Shown here in pieces: positions 25,001 to 38,984 of a DNA stretch of 64,000 bases. Positions within the stretch are counted from its first letter, which is position 1, and every line of letters starts with the position of its first letter. The stretch is from positions 16,941,865 through 17,005,864 of the forward strand of contig NC_052147.1 of NCBI RefSeq assembly GCF_902713615.1, written 5' to 3'. The translations under genes were made by a program, and so were the position numbers. The notes under the pieces were generated by a model. It was given only the letters and a program-made list of their open reading frames with translations, did no database searches and was not told where the DNA came from. This DNA comes from Scyliorhinus canicula. Taxonomy: Eukaryota.

Positions 25001-28000
25001 CAGTACAGCAGAGAACAAGCCCTTCGGCCCTCGATGTTGTGCCGAGCAATGATCACCCTACTCAAGTCAACGTATCCACCCTATGCCAGTAAGTAACCCA
25101 ACAGCCCCCCCCCATTAACCTTAAAAAAAAATAATTTTTAAAAAAATTATTATTTTTTTTAATGACTTGGTGGGCTGCATAAAGACCGGCCCGCGGGCCG
25201 TAGTTTGCCCACCCCTGCCGTAACCTGACATAACCTTTTATAAATAAATAAGGGACAATTTAGCATGGCCAATCCACCTAACCTGCATATTTTTGGACTG
25301 TGGGAGGAAACCGGAGCACCCGGAGGAAACTCGCACAGACGCGGGAAGAAAGTGCAAACTCCACACAGGCCAGAATTGAACCAGGGAGCTGTGAGGCAGC
25401 AATGCTAACCACTGTGCCACCTTGCTTCCAGCTTCACAAAGTTCAGCCATCGTTTCCAAAGCTGCTATTGGTGTTATTGTGAAATTGCTGGCGGTGCAGC
25501 TATTGGAGAGTCTTTTTTTATCTGGAAAATCTCTGATACTTTGGCCAGTGTATAATCAAAATTCTGGCCAGTGTATAATCAAAATTCTACCGAGGTGCCC
25601 TTTGAACAAAAGGCAAAACAGGTTCACGGTTTAATGTAATTTTATTCACAATTCTCTCAACGAAGTATGATTCAAACTCTCAGCTGAGCTTTAGGTTTTA
25701 CCCGCACTTAAGTGAGGAGGATGGCCAGGCTATAATCACTCTGGATATATTCTCTGGGCTTCAAAACCCAGGCTCTCTGCTTCTGGATGAAAGCAAATTA
25801 CTGCGGATGCTGGAATCTGAAACCAAAAGAGAAAATGCTGGATAATCTCAGCAGGTCTGGCAGCATCGGTAAGCACAGTAAGAAGTCTGACAACGCCAGG
25901 TTAAAGTCCAACAGGTTTGTTTCAAACATGAGCTTTCGGAGCACTGCTTCTTCCTCAGGTGAATGGAGAGGTATGTTCCAGAAACATTTATATAGATAAA
26001 GTCAGAGATGCCGGACAATGCTTGGAATGCGAGCATTTGCGGGTAATCAAATCATTCAGATCCAAAGAGAGGGATAATCCCAGGTTAAAGAGGTGTGAAT
26101 TGTCTCAATCCCGGACAGTTGGTAGGATTTTGCAAGTCCAGGCCAGATGGTGGGGGGGTGAATGTAATGCAACATGAATCCAAGATCCCGGTTGAGGCCG
26201 CACTCATGCGTGCGGAACTTAGCTATAAGTTTTTGCTCTGCAATTCTGCGTTGTTGCGTGTCCTGAAGACCACCTTGGAGAACGCTTGCCCGGAGATCAG
26301 AGGCTGAATGCCCTTGACTGCTGAAGTGTTCCCCGACTGGAAGGGAACATTCCTGCCTGGTGATTGTCGCACGATGCCCGTTCATTCATTGTCGCAGTGT
26401 CTGCATGGTCTCGCCAATGTACCACGCTTCGGGACATCCTTTCCTGCAGCGTATGAGGTAGACGACATTGGTTGAGTCGCACGAGTATGAGCCACGTACC
26501 TGGTGGGTGGTGTTTCCACGTGTAATGGTGGTATCTATGTCGATGATCTGGCATGTCTTGCAGAGATTGCCCTGGCAGGGTTGTGTGATGTCGTGGTCGC
26601 TGTTCTGAAGGCTGGGTAATTTGCTGCAAACAATGGTTTGTTTGAGGTTGCGCGGTTGTTTGAAGGCCAGTAGTGGGGGTGTGGGGATGACCGTGGCAAA
26701 ATGTTCACCTTCATTGATGTGTTGAAGGCTGCGAAGAAGATGTCGTAGTTTCTCCGCCCCAGGAAAGTACTGGACAATGAAGGGTACTCTGTCAGTTGTG
26801 TCCCGTGTTTGACTTCTGAGGAGGTCGGTGCGGTTCTTTGCTGTGGCGCGTTGGAACTGTCGATCGATGAGTCGAGCGCCATATCCCGTTTGTACGAGGG
26901 CATCTTTCAGCATCTGTAGGTGTCTGTTACGCTCATCCTCGTCTGAGCAGATCCTGTGTATGTGGAGGGCTTGTCCATAGGGGATGGCTTCTTTAATGTG
27001 TTTCGGGTGAAAGCTGGAGAAGTGGAGCATTGTGAGGTTTCTGGAACATACCTCTCCATTCACTTGAGGAAGGAGCAGTGCTCCGAAAGCTCGTGTTTGA
27101 AACAAACCTGTTGGACTTTAATCTGGTGTTGTAAGACTTCTTACTGTGCTGACCCCAGTCCAACGCCGGCACCTCCACATCATAGCATCTGTAAGGAGAG
27201 AAAAGAGCTATTGATTTGTCCAGATGACCCTTTGTCAAAGCGAAATGACATAGAAAGTAGGAGATATTTATACTGGTAGGTGAGGGAATGAAAGATGAGT
27301 CATAGCCACAGAAACCCAGGGAAAAGAGTGCTAATAGCAGTCCCCAGAGAGAATAGAAGGTGTGAAAGGCCAAACAGCAGAGAAACTAAAATCAGAGGGT
27401 GAACTGTGACAGATGTAGATGTGGGGGAGGGGGGCATGAGTGGGAGAGAGGGTTAAATGAGGAGAAGGGAGAAGCAAAGGGGGATAAGATCGGGGGAGAA
27501 ATATATATATTCGCAGGTGGGAGGATAGTTGTGGCAGGAAACCTCAATCTTTAAAAAGTACTTGGATGTTGTCATAACATTCAAGGCCATGGGCCTAGTG
27601 CTGGGAAGTGGGATTAGTGTAGATTCAGAGTAGCGTTTGTTTGGTGCAGGCTTGATGGGCCGAAGGGCCTCTTCTGTTCTGTACAATCCTATGGTCTAGG
27701 ATTCTCGATGCAGTTATTCCTTTTACTGCATCAAGGTCTGGCTGATTTATTTGTGTAGTTAACTGAGAAGTGATAATAACTCACCATTACTATTTCAGGT
27801 TCTAAAGCAGAAAACATTATAGTGGATATAACGCCATGCCCCTCTCTGCCATGTGTTCTTCATAAAGGACAAACCTACAGTGTGAACATCACCTTTACCA
27901 GCAGTAAGTGGCTATAATGCAAATCTGAAAAGAACAAAAAAAAAACTGTGCAAATTGTTCAGACGGGGCCTTTACATTTTCACATTGTTTCAACATTTTC

Positions 28001-31000
28001 CAAATGTTACAGGGCCAATTCTATAAAGTTTACACAATTTGCTGGATTTCTGTGTCGCATTTCTCATATGGTAACTTCTATTCAAATAGAGAGCTGAACA
28101 CCAAACAGGCCAACAGGCACCAGGATTAGATAAATACCAGAATGCACAGACAGAAAATGTGATTGAGAAACAAAATTTAGTATTTGACAAAAATTACGAG
28201 TATGAAAGAAAAGTGGGCATTTAATATTCGGAGGTAAGGTCGCTGGAAGTGGATTGGTAAAGTAATATGAATGGGCATGAGTAACAGAAGAAGATGCAGA
28301 AATCCTGTGGGAAATAGGAGAGGAAATAATATAGCAACCTCCGACTGGAACTTCCAGAATGCAAGAACCTCCAATGTTAAAATATCAACCGCGTAGGGAG
28401 AGCTAGACCGAGAAAACCCTCTTGCTGCTAGGGCTGGGAATGGAGGCTATTCTAGGATTGCTTGGAGGCAAGAGGTTATAAAGGGCTAGTGTGTTATACC
28501 AACTGGAACAGTAATTGGCCCCACCGTTGGTTTTGATGAACATAATGACCTGGATCAGAAATCCAATATAGAACATACAGTGCAGAAGGAGGTCATTCGG
28601 CCCATCGAGTCTGCACCGGCTCTTTGAAAGAGCACGCCCCGAAAGCCCACGCCCCCACCCTATCCCTGTAACCCAGGAACTCCACCCCACCGTTTTGGAC
28701 ACTAAGGGCAATGTAGCACGGCCAATCCACATCTTTGAACTGTGGGAGGAAACCGGAGCACCCGGAGGAAACCCACGCAGACACGGGGCGAACGGTGCAG
28801 ACTCCGCACAGACAGTGACACAAGCCGGGATTCGAACCCGGGACCTTGGAGGTGTGAAGCAACTGTGCGAACCACTGTGCTACCATGCTGCCCCAAAATA
28901 ATGCCATATTTCCAACTGGAACCAAACTGTGGATATAGCGGAGTATGGTAAAGCAGCTGAGTAGTTGAGGAAAGACCTTGTCAGTGTTTCAAATGGCCAC
29001 ATGACACTGGGTGGAATTTAATATGAGACGTTCAAGGACTTTTTCACAACACTGGGAGTGGTGGTGATGTCGGACGTAATGAATGGCAATACAGAAATGG
29101 GGACTTGGGTAGGAACTGATTTTTAAAATAAAAGTTCAAGACTGTCCTCATGAAACATTTAATTGATTCCAGATACTGAATTGTTATGCAGCAATGGGGG
29201 AAATTTGGAGTATGGACAAGGTTAACAGTTCCTGTTTATTTTGTGGCATCAGCTGTTCTGATTCTGTCTTTCCATCATTTGTTTATAAGATTTTGTGATC
29301 TTGAGAATTAGCCAAACCTGGGGTGAACCAACTGCAGACACCCACTGTTGGTACTGAAATTTTGGATTACCACTTTGAATACAGTGTAATATAGATCACT
29401 GTCATTAGAGGGGTCAGATGGAGAATTGCAGTAATGCCCTTTCGTCATCTTCTTTTTCATCTCTCAAATGGTGTTTCAATCCAACTCTGACTGATGGGAG
29501 GCTCCCCTTGCTGTGCTAGTGCCAACTGAAGTGAGTTTGAGGTGATCATAACTCCTGTTGAAAGTTGCAACACAGCATCCAGCAGAAAGCTATCCATAAA
29601 ATATGGAGAAGAGATTCTCCAAAAACATAAATTTGAATACATTTATTTGATTTTAGAATAGAGCATGCAAGGAAGATCTGACCAAAGTTTCTAAAAGCCT
29701 TTTTGTAGATTGTTTCATAGTGCTAGCAACGGCAGATCAGACTTGAGTACTCCCATTTCTTCCTTTTCCCCTCATCCCAAGTGGTGAAGGATGGAATTGC
29801 ATGTATGATCCATACTCTAGTGCATAGAATCCCTACAGTGCAGAAGGAAGCCGTTCGGCCCATAGCGTCGAACCTTTAAATGACCACACTACCTGAGCCC
29901 AATCCCCCGTCCTATTCCGGCAACCCCACCCTAAGGGGCAATTTATCGTGGCCAATCCACCTAACGTGCACATCTTTGGACTGTGGGAAGAAACCAGAGC
30001 ATCCGGAGGAAACCCACGCATACACGGGGAGAACGTGCAAACTCCACAGTCACCCGAGGTCGGCATCAAACCCAGGACCCTCGCAAGGCAGCAGTGCTAA
30101 CCACTGTGCCACCCAACAGTTGGTAGTCAGCACAGCCTTAATGTTGATTTTAACGGGATACTCACAATTTCCTATTCGCTTGCTGCTGATGCTGTGAAGC
30201 TCTGAAACATCAGACTTTCTGCAACCCTTGTCGGCTGTAACATTTTTAAAAAGTGGGCTAACTGTTTAATGTCTTCTTTCAGCAACTTCGAGTCAGACAA
30301 GTCAGGCTGAGGTTTATGGTATCCTAGCTGGAATTCCAATTCCCTTTCATATTCCTAACACTGATGGTTGCAAATCTGGGATTCAGTGCCCCATCCAGAA
30401 GATGAAGAAGTATAGCTACATCAATTCATTACCAATAAAGAGTGAATACCCATCAGTAAGTATCTTTATGAAACAATAACATCTCTTGTACTTGTTCATT
30501 CTGTGGCCTATTTGTTGAAAAGAGGGTGAAATGATTTGCAGATCAAACAAGTTCATTTGTTGTGGGAATAAATGTAGCCATTTGGAACAGAGATTTGTTT
30601 GTAGAGATCCTGAGTATGTAACGAGGAAATCTGTGACACATTGTTCAATTGGAATGTGTTATGAGGTTGTTCTAGAAAGTGACGACAATGATGTTTGCCA
30701 TTTTTCAGGGAAGGGAATTGGAGAACCTAACAAAAGCTGTGTTTTGAGTATCGCCATTACCCTTGCAGCTCTTAATGAATTCAGTATGGGCGATATGTCA
30801 CCGAGTTGTGGTGCTTTCTGGTGTTTTTAATTAATCTATTACTGTAGACATTTGATAAAAGATTTTTGAACAGGACAGGGTTAGTAGAAACAAGCCACAT
30901 GATTCCACCGTGAAAGCAGCAGCTATACTGAAGCGTAAGGAAGAGGTTTTCCAAAACACTAAACCATGAGTGGGCACTACTGACCGAAGAAGACTCCAGT

Positions 31001-34000
31001 TGAAGAGGATACGATATCCAACCTTTAATTGGTTGGTATGGAGGTGGAAAATGCCTTTGAAACACCTCTGCACAAATCCTTCAATCTGGAGTCATGCTGG
31101 GAGTGGCTGTTCGAGCTCTTTTGTAACTATTCCACACTAGTCGTCTTTACTTTTTTTTTAACTGTCTGTTATTTTTGTCCTCCAAGTTTTACGTTATTCC
31201 TGCCTGTTGACTTAATCTTATCAACTGCTTGGGCCGGGTAGATCTTGAAAAGGGCAGGAAGTAAAACACACCTGATCAAAATGCAAGGGAAATAAAATTT
31301 GTTGAAAGCCAAGGAAATTCTGGTTCCATAACCAGGACGTAGCAGGTCAGGCAACTGGAGCTTGTGATTTGTGGACACCAGATCTGGATTGCAGATTAAT
31401 GGGGACTTCTATAGCAGCTTTATGCTTTACAGGGGAATTATCAAATAAAATTTAACGCCGAGCCACATGAAATATTGAGGTATCTGGAATTCATACAGTG
31501 CAGAAGGCCATTCAGTCCACCGGGTCTGCATCGGGCCTCCGAGAGCAGCGTACATAGACCCACTCCCCGGGGCCCCACCTAACCTGCACATCATCTCACA
31601 CTTGCGGGTTAATTTGTCCTGGCCAATCCACCTAACCTGTACATCTTTGGACTGTGGGAGGAAACCAGTGCACTCGGAGGAAACCCACGCAGACACTGGG
31701 AGAAAGTGCAAACTACACAGCTACCCAAGGTAGAATTGAACCCTGATCCCTGGTGCTGTGTTTCCTCTTTTCAGATCTAATTCTTTGACCATGCTTTTTG
31801 TTGTGTGATCGAATATCTCGTCATGTGGCTCGGTGTCATACTTTGTTTTATAATGCTCCTGAAAAACACCTTGGATGAGGTTACTGGAACATACATAGAA
31901 ATATAACTTGATCTGAATTAGGATGCAGGCTGCAACACCTTCAAGATGTCAAGTTTATAGAGAATAGAATATGGGAGGCCAGTCAGGAGTCAGTTGGAAT
32001 AATTGTGTCTAAAAGTAGCAAATGATTGCTTGAGGGTTTCTGCATCAGTTGTGGTAAGGTTGAAGTTGGTGACGTTCGAGATGGAAATAATGATGATGAT
32101 GAAGCTGAGGTTGGACACTTATCTCGGGCTGACATATGACATCAAGCTTATGAATCGACTTGATTCAGCTATTCAGATAGTTGCCAGGAAGAGGAATGGA
32201 GAGTTGGTGGCTAGGGAATGGAATTTGCTTTTAACCTCCACTGACCCCCTCAAGGCGATCTTGATTTTTTTCCAGCCTATGAATTCCGCACGGTCGCTCG
32301 CCCATATCCCTTTCTTTGTTAACCCCCGGGTCCCTCCACTCCAACGTAATCCGCCTCCGGGTTACCAGGGAGGCTAAGGCCAAAATGTTGTCCTCATTCA
32401 CCCCCTAGACTCCCAGTCTTCCGACACTCCGAATATCACTACCTCTGGACTCGGGTAACCTTCACTTTCAGTACCTTCACCATTTACATCTGCAAACCCC
32501 TGCCAAAACCCCATCAGCTACGGGCATGCCCAAAACATGTGACATGGTTCACGGGTGCTCTCCAGCCCCTCAAAGAACCTGCTCGTTTTGGCCACCATCA
32601 TATGCGTACTATGGACTACTTCCACACGAAGAGGATGCATTTGCTCTCCTCAAAGTCTCCTCCCACAGCCCAGCCTCCATTTCCCTCCCCGCTCTTCCTC
32701 CCACTCCCGCGTGACTTCTCCTATCGGGGCTCCCTCCCAGTCCATTGTCACCCTACCCTCGCCAACTCTCTGCTTTCAACACCACCTTGCCCTGCAGCCC
32801 CAGGAGTGGTAGGTCAGGAAAGGACAGCACTTGCTTCCTAGTGTATTCCCTCACCTGTAAGTACTGGAACCCATTCCTGCTGGCCAGCTCGTACTCCTCT
32901 TCCAATTCCTCTAGACTGGAAAACCATTCGATCACTGCCTGCTGCTGCCCCCAAAACCCTGTGCCAACCCTGCTGGTGCAAATCAGATGCCAAGGCACCC
33001 TCCAACCACGGGTGTTGCTGCCACTATCCCCACATCCTTGGGGCCACCACCACCGGGCTCGTGGATTTCTGGCCGGCAGGAACGGCAGAGGTGCCATCAA
33101 CAGTGCCCCTAAGCTTGTGTCCTTACAAGAGGCTGCCTCCACCTGCTCCCACACCAACCCCTCCTCCACTACCCACTTCCTATCCATGGCTATATTCTCT
33201 GCCCAGTAATAGTTTATATTTAGCAAGGCCAGCCCCCTGCGTCCGCATTCCAACAGCAGCTGCTTTACCCGTGGAGATTTCCCCACCCCCACAAGCCCCA
33301 AAATCAAAACATTAATTTTCCTGAAAAAGGCCTCTGGAATAAAGATAAGACGGTTCTGGAAAATATGTAAGAACCTTGGGAGTACCGTCATTTTCATGGT
33401 CTGCACCCACCCCGCCAGCGACCACAGGAGCACGTCCCATCTCTTAAAATCCCCCTTCAGCTGCTCCACCAACCACGCCAAATTTAATTTGTGTAGTTGT
33501 ATCTCCTCCTCGTGCCACCTGGATGCCCAAATACCTAAAGCTCACCCCCACCATCTTAAACAGCAGTTCATCCAACTTCCTCTCCTGCCCACTTGCCTGG
33601 ATTGGAAAGACCTCATTCTTTCCCATCTTTAATTTATACCTAGGAAAACTGGCTGAATTCCTTCATGATTCTCTTTCTCTTTCTCTCCCCCCCCCCCCCC
33701 CCCCCCCCCAATACTCCCAGTGGATCCTATATGTAAAGCAGTAAATAGTCTGCATAAAGCACGATCCTGCGCTCTCCCCCGACACTCTCTATCACCAAGG
33801 TCAAAAGCAATGGGGAGAGTGGGCACCTCTGCCTTGTCCCATGGTGTAGTTCGAAATACCTCAGACTCGCCCAATTTGTCCTTACACTCGCTACCGGCGC
33901 CCTATCCAGCAACTGGACCCAATCCACAAACCCCTGCCCGAAAGACAGAGAATCAACATCTCGAATTTCCTCCAAATTTCAATGCCCTCCCTCCTGCCAG

Positions 34001-36267
34001 TTCATTGTCTCTGAAGAACTCCATTACCTCCTCCGGTATTCCAAAATAATACTTGTGCCGTTGTGAGTCACGCAGAGGTGGGACGTGCACAGCATCCTGA
34101 ACTTTACCCCCTTCTTAGAGGCTAGCCTTGTCTCTGTTGAATCCAGCTCTCCTCTTGGCCAGTTCAGCGCCCAGGTCCTGGTATACCCGGAGCTCGCTAC
34201 CCTCCCAGGTACATCTCCTCGTCTGCCTGGCCCACCGCAAGACCTTCTTTGCCCAAGAACTGATGTAGCCTCCCTGCCATTGCCCTTGGCGGCTCCCTCA
34301 TCAGTGTCCATGCGCCTGATCAACCTCCAGGAGCTGGTTGAAGGCTCCTTGCCCTATTAGCTGTGCCAGCATTTTGGTTACATAAGAGCCAGTGTCCACT
34401 CCCACAATGCCCTCTGGCAGCACCACAATTCTCAGATTCTGCATCTGGGAGCGCTTCTCCAGATCCTCCACTTTCTCCTTGAGCCGCTTCTGGGTCTCCC
34501 TCAACATCCCAATTTCGGCCACCAATGAGGTGAGCTGCTCTTTGTGCTCCCCCCATCGCTGCCTCCACCTTCTGGATCGCCTTGTTCTGGTCTCCAGCCT
34601 CAACCCCACATGGTCGATCCCTGCTTTGAGCAGGTCCACCACCTTCGCCATGTCCTCCTGAGCCCCCCTCCTCTGACTGAACTTTTTGTTCAGAAAGTCC
34701 ACTAACTGCTCCATCAACCACTGAGCTGATGGGGCTGGTTCCTTGCTCTCCGCCATCTTCCCCTGTGTCGCACAGCGACTTTCTTGCTCTTGCAGCTCTT
34801 TTCTTCTAAACCCACTTCTGGTCCACAAATCCATCCACTGACCTCACCAGTGGAGTATAATTTTCCTCCACTACCTCTACACCTTTTTCCTATAAATTAT
34901 TCACCCAGTAACTGGGGAAAAGGACTGAAAAAAACGCCTCGAGCGGGAACTGCCAAATGTGTGATCGCTCAGTTCATGGCCATCACCGGAAGTCCTAGGG
35001 CATGGAATTTGTGACAGGAAACCAAAGTAGTAACTTTAAACCTCCCAGTGTTCAGCTGGGAGGTATTTATGCTCATTTAGCAAGGAAACAGTTCAGAGCC
35101 AGTGGACAGGGGTGTTAATATCAAAGATGGGCATGGATTGGGAGCCACCAACGTAACTGGATTTTGGAGAAGAAAGGAGGTTGAAGATGAAGCTGTTGTT
35201 TGTAGGATGGAGGAATCGAGCTAGAATTGGGATGCAGCAAGTTTGAGAAGCAGGGTACTGAGCGTTTTGAAGAGGGGAGAGAATCTTTCACGATATCGGC
35301 TATCGTGGGAGCAAGGAAGAAGTTGAAATTGGGTTAAGGAAGCTGCCTGGGTCTTATGGGGAAGATGAACTAGGATGTATAAGAGGAGGGAGGAGAGAAA
35401 CTTGAGCAGTGTCAGTTCAGATCCAGGGCCTGTAGGAAGAAGGATGTGGCAGAGGCATCTGATCAAATAATCTTACTCTTGATCACACAATCTTTGTGTG
35501 TCATTGGGCACCATGGAGGAGACTGGGAGAGTGGCCAGATGATTTGCAACACAAGTTATTGAAGGTTACTTTTACATCACAAGATGATTCTGGAGTAGTA
35601 AGCTGTTTTTGATGGTGCTTTCTGTGATCCAGCCAGATCTGGCAGTCAATGGCCAAGTCACTTCTCTGGCATATTCATGCCTTGGACTTGGGATGGGTGA
35701 GGGGAATGGCCAGGGTCAGAGAGTGTATATAGGCTTTAATGGGGGACTAAGGCAGCAAGATTGCAGGTGAAGGCGCAGAGGGGCAGGTTGATGGCTGCAG
35801 AAATGGCAAGAGTGAAGAGATAGCCAAAGACAGGACAGTTTGGATTTTAAAAATGCAGTTGTAAATGGTGAGTTTTCTTGGGCGGACAAAGAAGGAAATT
35901 TGTAGCGGGAAGTCGAATGTGGGTGAAGAACAATGCAGGCGATGGTTTGTGTTTGACGTGAATCGTGAGGCCACACGACGGGGAGGAACAGTTTTAAATG
36001 CACCTGGCCAATTTGTACATGGGTGGGGCATAATTTCTGATTGCATCTGAATTGAGGCTATTGGCACATTCAGCCTGGTACTTGAGAATAAATGAATGAA
36101 TTGGTTTTTAGTGGATGCGGCAAGATTTTGCACTTGTTCTCTTAATCCTCTCCACACCTTCTTTCCCCACCTTTTACCAGGTTGAATTGGTGGTTAAATG
36201 GGAGCTGATGGATGACACTAAAAACATCATCTTCTGCTGGAAGATCCCAGTCAAGATCTCCAGCTAA
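22087..36267 (+). CDS. NPC2: NPC2 paralog, copy B (149 aa); exons 22087-22171, 27799-27903, 30283-30455, 36181-36267
   Basis: [30 protein letters not shown]...[12 protein letters not shown]...[11 protein letters not shown]...[13 protein letters not shown]...IFCW; same intron phases as copy A, open frame, AATAAA 36486-36491. Confidence 0.93.
24862..25217. mobile_element. hAT-type MITE nested in a SINE
   Basis: 16-bp TIRs CAGGGGTGGGCAAACT / AGTTTGCCCACCCCTG, 8-bp TSD CCGTAACC (24854-24861, 25218-25225). Confidence 0.9.
25869..27183 (-). mobile_element. 5'-truncated Penelope-like element (RT C-terminus plus GIY-YIG endonuclease) with inverted terminal repeats
   Basis: [27 protein letters not shown]....YIGET, GLNRD motifs with one internal stop; ~110-bp inverted repeats carrying hammerhead-like cores. 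Confidence 0.9.
28568..28893 (-). mobile_element. HE1/V-SINE copy (others at ~22568-22840, 29823-30115, 31487-31760, 36992-37290, 51380-51606, 60207-60435)
   Basis: Shared head, V-core and tail. Confidence 0.8.
32235..34995 (-). mobile_element. Internally deleted L1/Tx1-like LINE (5' UTR, ORF1, ORF2 3' part)
   Basis: ORF1 motif [19 protein letters not shown]; ORF2 [33 protein letters not shown]. Confidence 0.8.
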
Positions 36268-38639
36268 ACCAGACTGTGGAATATTAACTGCAATAGTAGC
36301 TTGGATAATGCATTCAGCTGCATGATGGGAAATTAAAAGCGACTTTTTTGGAGTGGAGATTTTTTTCATATTTTTTTACAAAATCTTGTACTTGTAACTT
36401 TGGAGCACAATTTTGAGATGAACATTGTGACCTGGCTTTGGCTTTAATACTAAGATTGTTCTTTGTACATTAACCTGACTGGCTCAATAAAGAAATTAAC
36501 TCCAAGTTGAATGTTGTTTGGTTTTAAATCCAGGGAATATTTCCACAGTAGTTAAACTCTGATGGCATTTTGAGATTGGGACAGAGGGAATGGACTATTT
36601 AAATGTCTCCCCATTCTGAACCTCTTTCCAGTTACTGAGTTGCGATTTAAATTCTACCGTGTGCATCACACCCTCCTCCATGTGCCCCCTGAAATGTACA
36701 TCACTTTTTAGTCCCTGGTGCCACTTTTCCCAAGTGAAAATAACCCTCCCACTTGCTTTTCTTCCTTTTCAACCTTTTTATTGAACTGTATTCAATCACA
36801 ATCTGCAACCTCGTAGCCAAGCATATTCCTCGCTCCATTGTTAGCAAGCCAGGGGACCAACCCCACCAGCCAATCTCTTTTTAAAACAAAAAATAAGACT
36901 TACCAAGCTGACAACACATGACTACTTGCATAGCAAACAACAACATGATCAAGTTAAATCTCTATGCTCGCGGCGATGGAGCACAGGGAGTCATAGAATC
37001 CCTATAGTACAGAAAGAGGCCATTTGACCCATCAAGCCTGCACCAACCCTTTGAACAACCAGCCTACCTAGGCCCAATCCACAGCCCTGTAACCTTAGCT
37101 TGAGGGGCAATTTAGCATGTCCAATTCGTCTTACCGACACATCTTTTGGACTAAGAGGAAACTGGAGCCTCCGGAGGAAACCCCCACAGACACGAGGTGA
37201 AAGTGCAAACTCCACACAGGCACTCAAGGTGGGGATTGAACCCTGGACCCTGCTGCTGTGAGGCAGTAGTGCTAACCATTGTGCTGCTGTGGACCATCTC
37301 CCTCTGGGGCCATGCCACCACCTTCAGGTCTGTGCCACATAAGCCAGTGACTGCCACATTGGCTAGCGATGGGGCAGTGCTGCAGATGCTCTCAAACATG
37401 ACTGACTGGATCACACTCTGGAGTGCCGCTGTAATGTCAGGATGGCCCTGACTCGTGGCCGCCTGTGATAAGGCAGCCTGGGCCTTGGCCACTGCCTGCA
37501 CAGAGTACCCTAAGCATTGGACATCCTGACCCATGTCCGACACCTTCGTCCCTGAAGCCTCCATCGTGGGTGCCACCTGTGGTGCTGGCCTGTGTGGCAT
37601 GCATGGTTGCCACCACCAACACCTGCAGATGCTTTCATGACTCCAACTGCCCCTACAGGTGCTGACACCCACTCATGTAGTCTCGGCTCTCGGACTGTGT
37701 CTCCACTATGAATGGGATTCCCCCCCCTTTCTAGACGCCAAATACCCATCTGGACAGCAACTGGTACCTGGGCTTTGGTTGCCCTCCCAACAGTTCACCA
37801 CCTCGGGGGTTTGAACCTCCACCTGCTATAACACAGCACCTGTGGTGTGCACCCTATAGTGCCCCAGGAGCCTCTTCACTAATGTGCCCAACTGAGGTGA
37901 GTGTCTCTGGGATGATGAATGGTGTCGGAAACAGCTGTAATGGGAAATCCGTGTCGTCCCTGGACTGGTGCTCTTTGCTGCCACCTTGTTGGCTGGGATG
38001 TGTATGGGGAGTGGAGAGCTTGTATGTGGCTGCAGCTTGTCAGCCTCTCGAGTGTCAATTCCTACCCCAGTGAATCGGACACCATTTTGCATTGGAATCG
38101 GTCATGTTCCATGTGGTGCCGGTGCTAGCCCATTGACGTTCGGTGGATTGGTCTGGGAATGGTGCCAATTTTGCTGTCGTAGAACACCACGATTCAGTCC
38201 CAGCGTCAACACTGGCGTGTAGAATTCTGCCGGGGATGTTTGTTATGAAGAGATTGAGTACTGTCGAGTTTAGAAGACTGAAGAGATTTAATAAGTTGAT
38301 AAAAAGGTATTGACAAGTAAACATGGAGGGGATGCTTCTTCTTGCGGGCCAGTCTAGAATGAGAGATAAAGGGGTAGCAGATTTAAAACCTAGATGAGAA
38401 GAAATTGCTTCAGAGTCATGAATCGGGGAAATTCACTATCCCAGAATACGGTGGAAGCTGGGCCATTGAGTAAATTTGAGGAGATGGACAGAATTTTAAT
38501 TAGTAATGGGTTGAAGGGTTATGGAGACCGGGCAGCAAAGTGGAGTTGAGGTGGAGAGGAGATCAGCCATGATCGTATTGAATGGTGGAGCGGGCTCGAA
38601 GACTGAATTACCCACTCCTGCTCCTAGTTCTGATGTTCC

Positions 38640-38978
38640 CATACACAGCTCCCTCCACTGAAGATGACTGTTGATTTGCCTGAATCATGACTTTTCTTTT
38701 GACTGGCCTCTGTCCTGACAAATTTGGAAACAGCAGGCTTAGTCTGGCCCTAAGATGCCAGCCCATCAACAAGTCTGCTGGCAGTGCTCCCGGTATCGGA
38801 TACAGAGTGGTTCTATAGGCCGGAAGGAATCGTGAGATTCTGGTCTCCAGGGCCGTCCCTGACTGCTCCTGTAGGCCCACCTGGACTATCAATGGTTTGA
38901 TACCATTCAAGGAGGGGAAATTTTGAAATTCGGCACTTCTGAATGGAAGGCTGTTCCATTATCCAAAGCTTTGACTTG
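38640..38978 (-). mobile_element. Old Gypsy integrase remnant (C-terminal half); N-terminal half at ~48930-49225
   Basis: DNGTAF, RFLPAYRTT, PADLLMGWHLRARLSLLFP; other half HPFISKTKMLTRSYVWWPGIDANI..CCEQC. Confidence 0.7.
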
Positions 38979-38984
38979 GGCTGG

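Noticed and set aside
12845-33710. Recurring long poly-C/poly-G runs
   Set aside because: They lie mostly within LINE remnants and are length-unreliable homopolymers; no functional evidence
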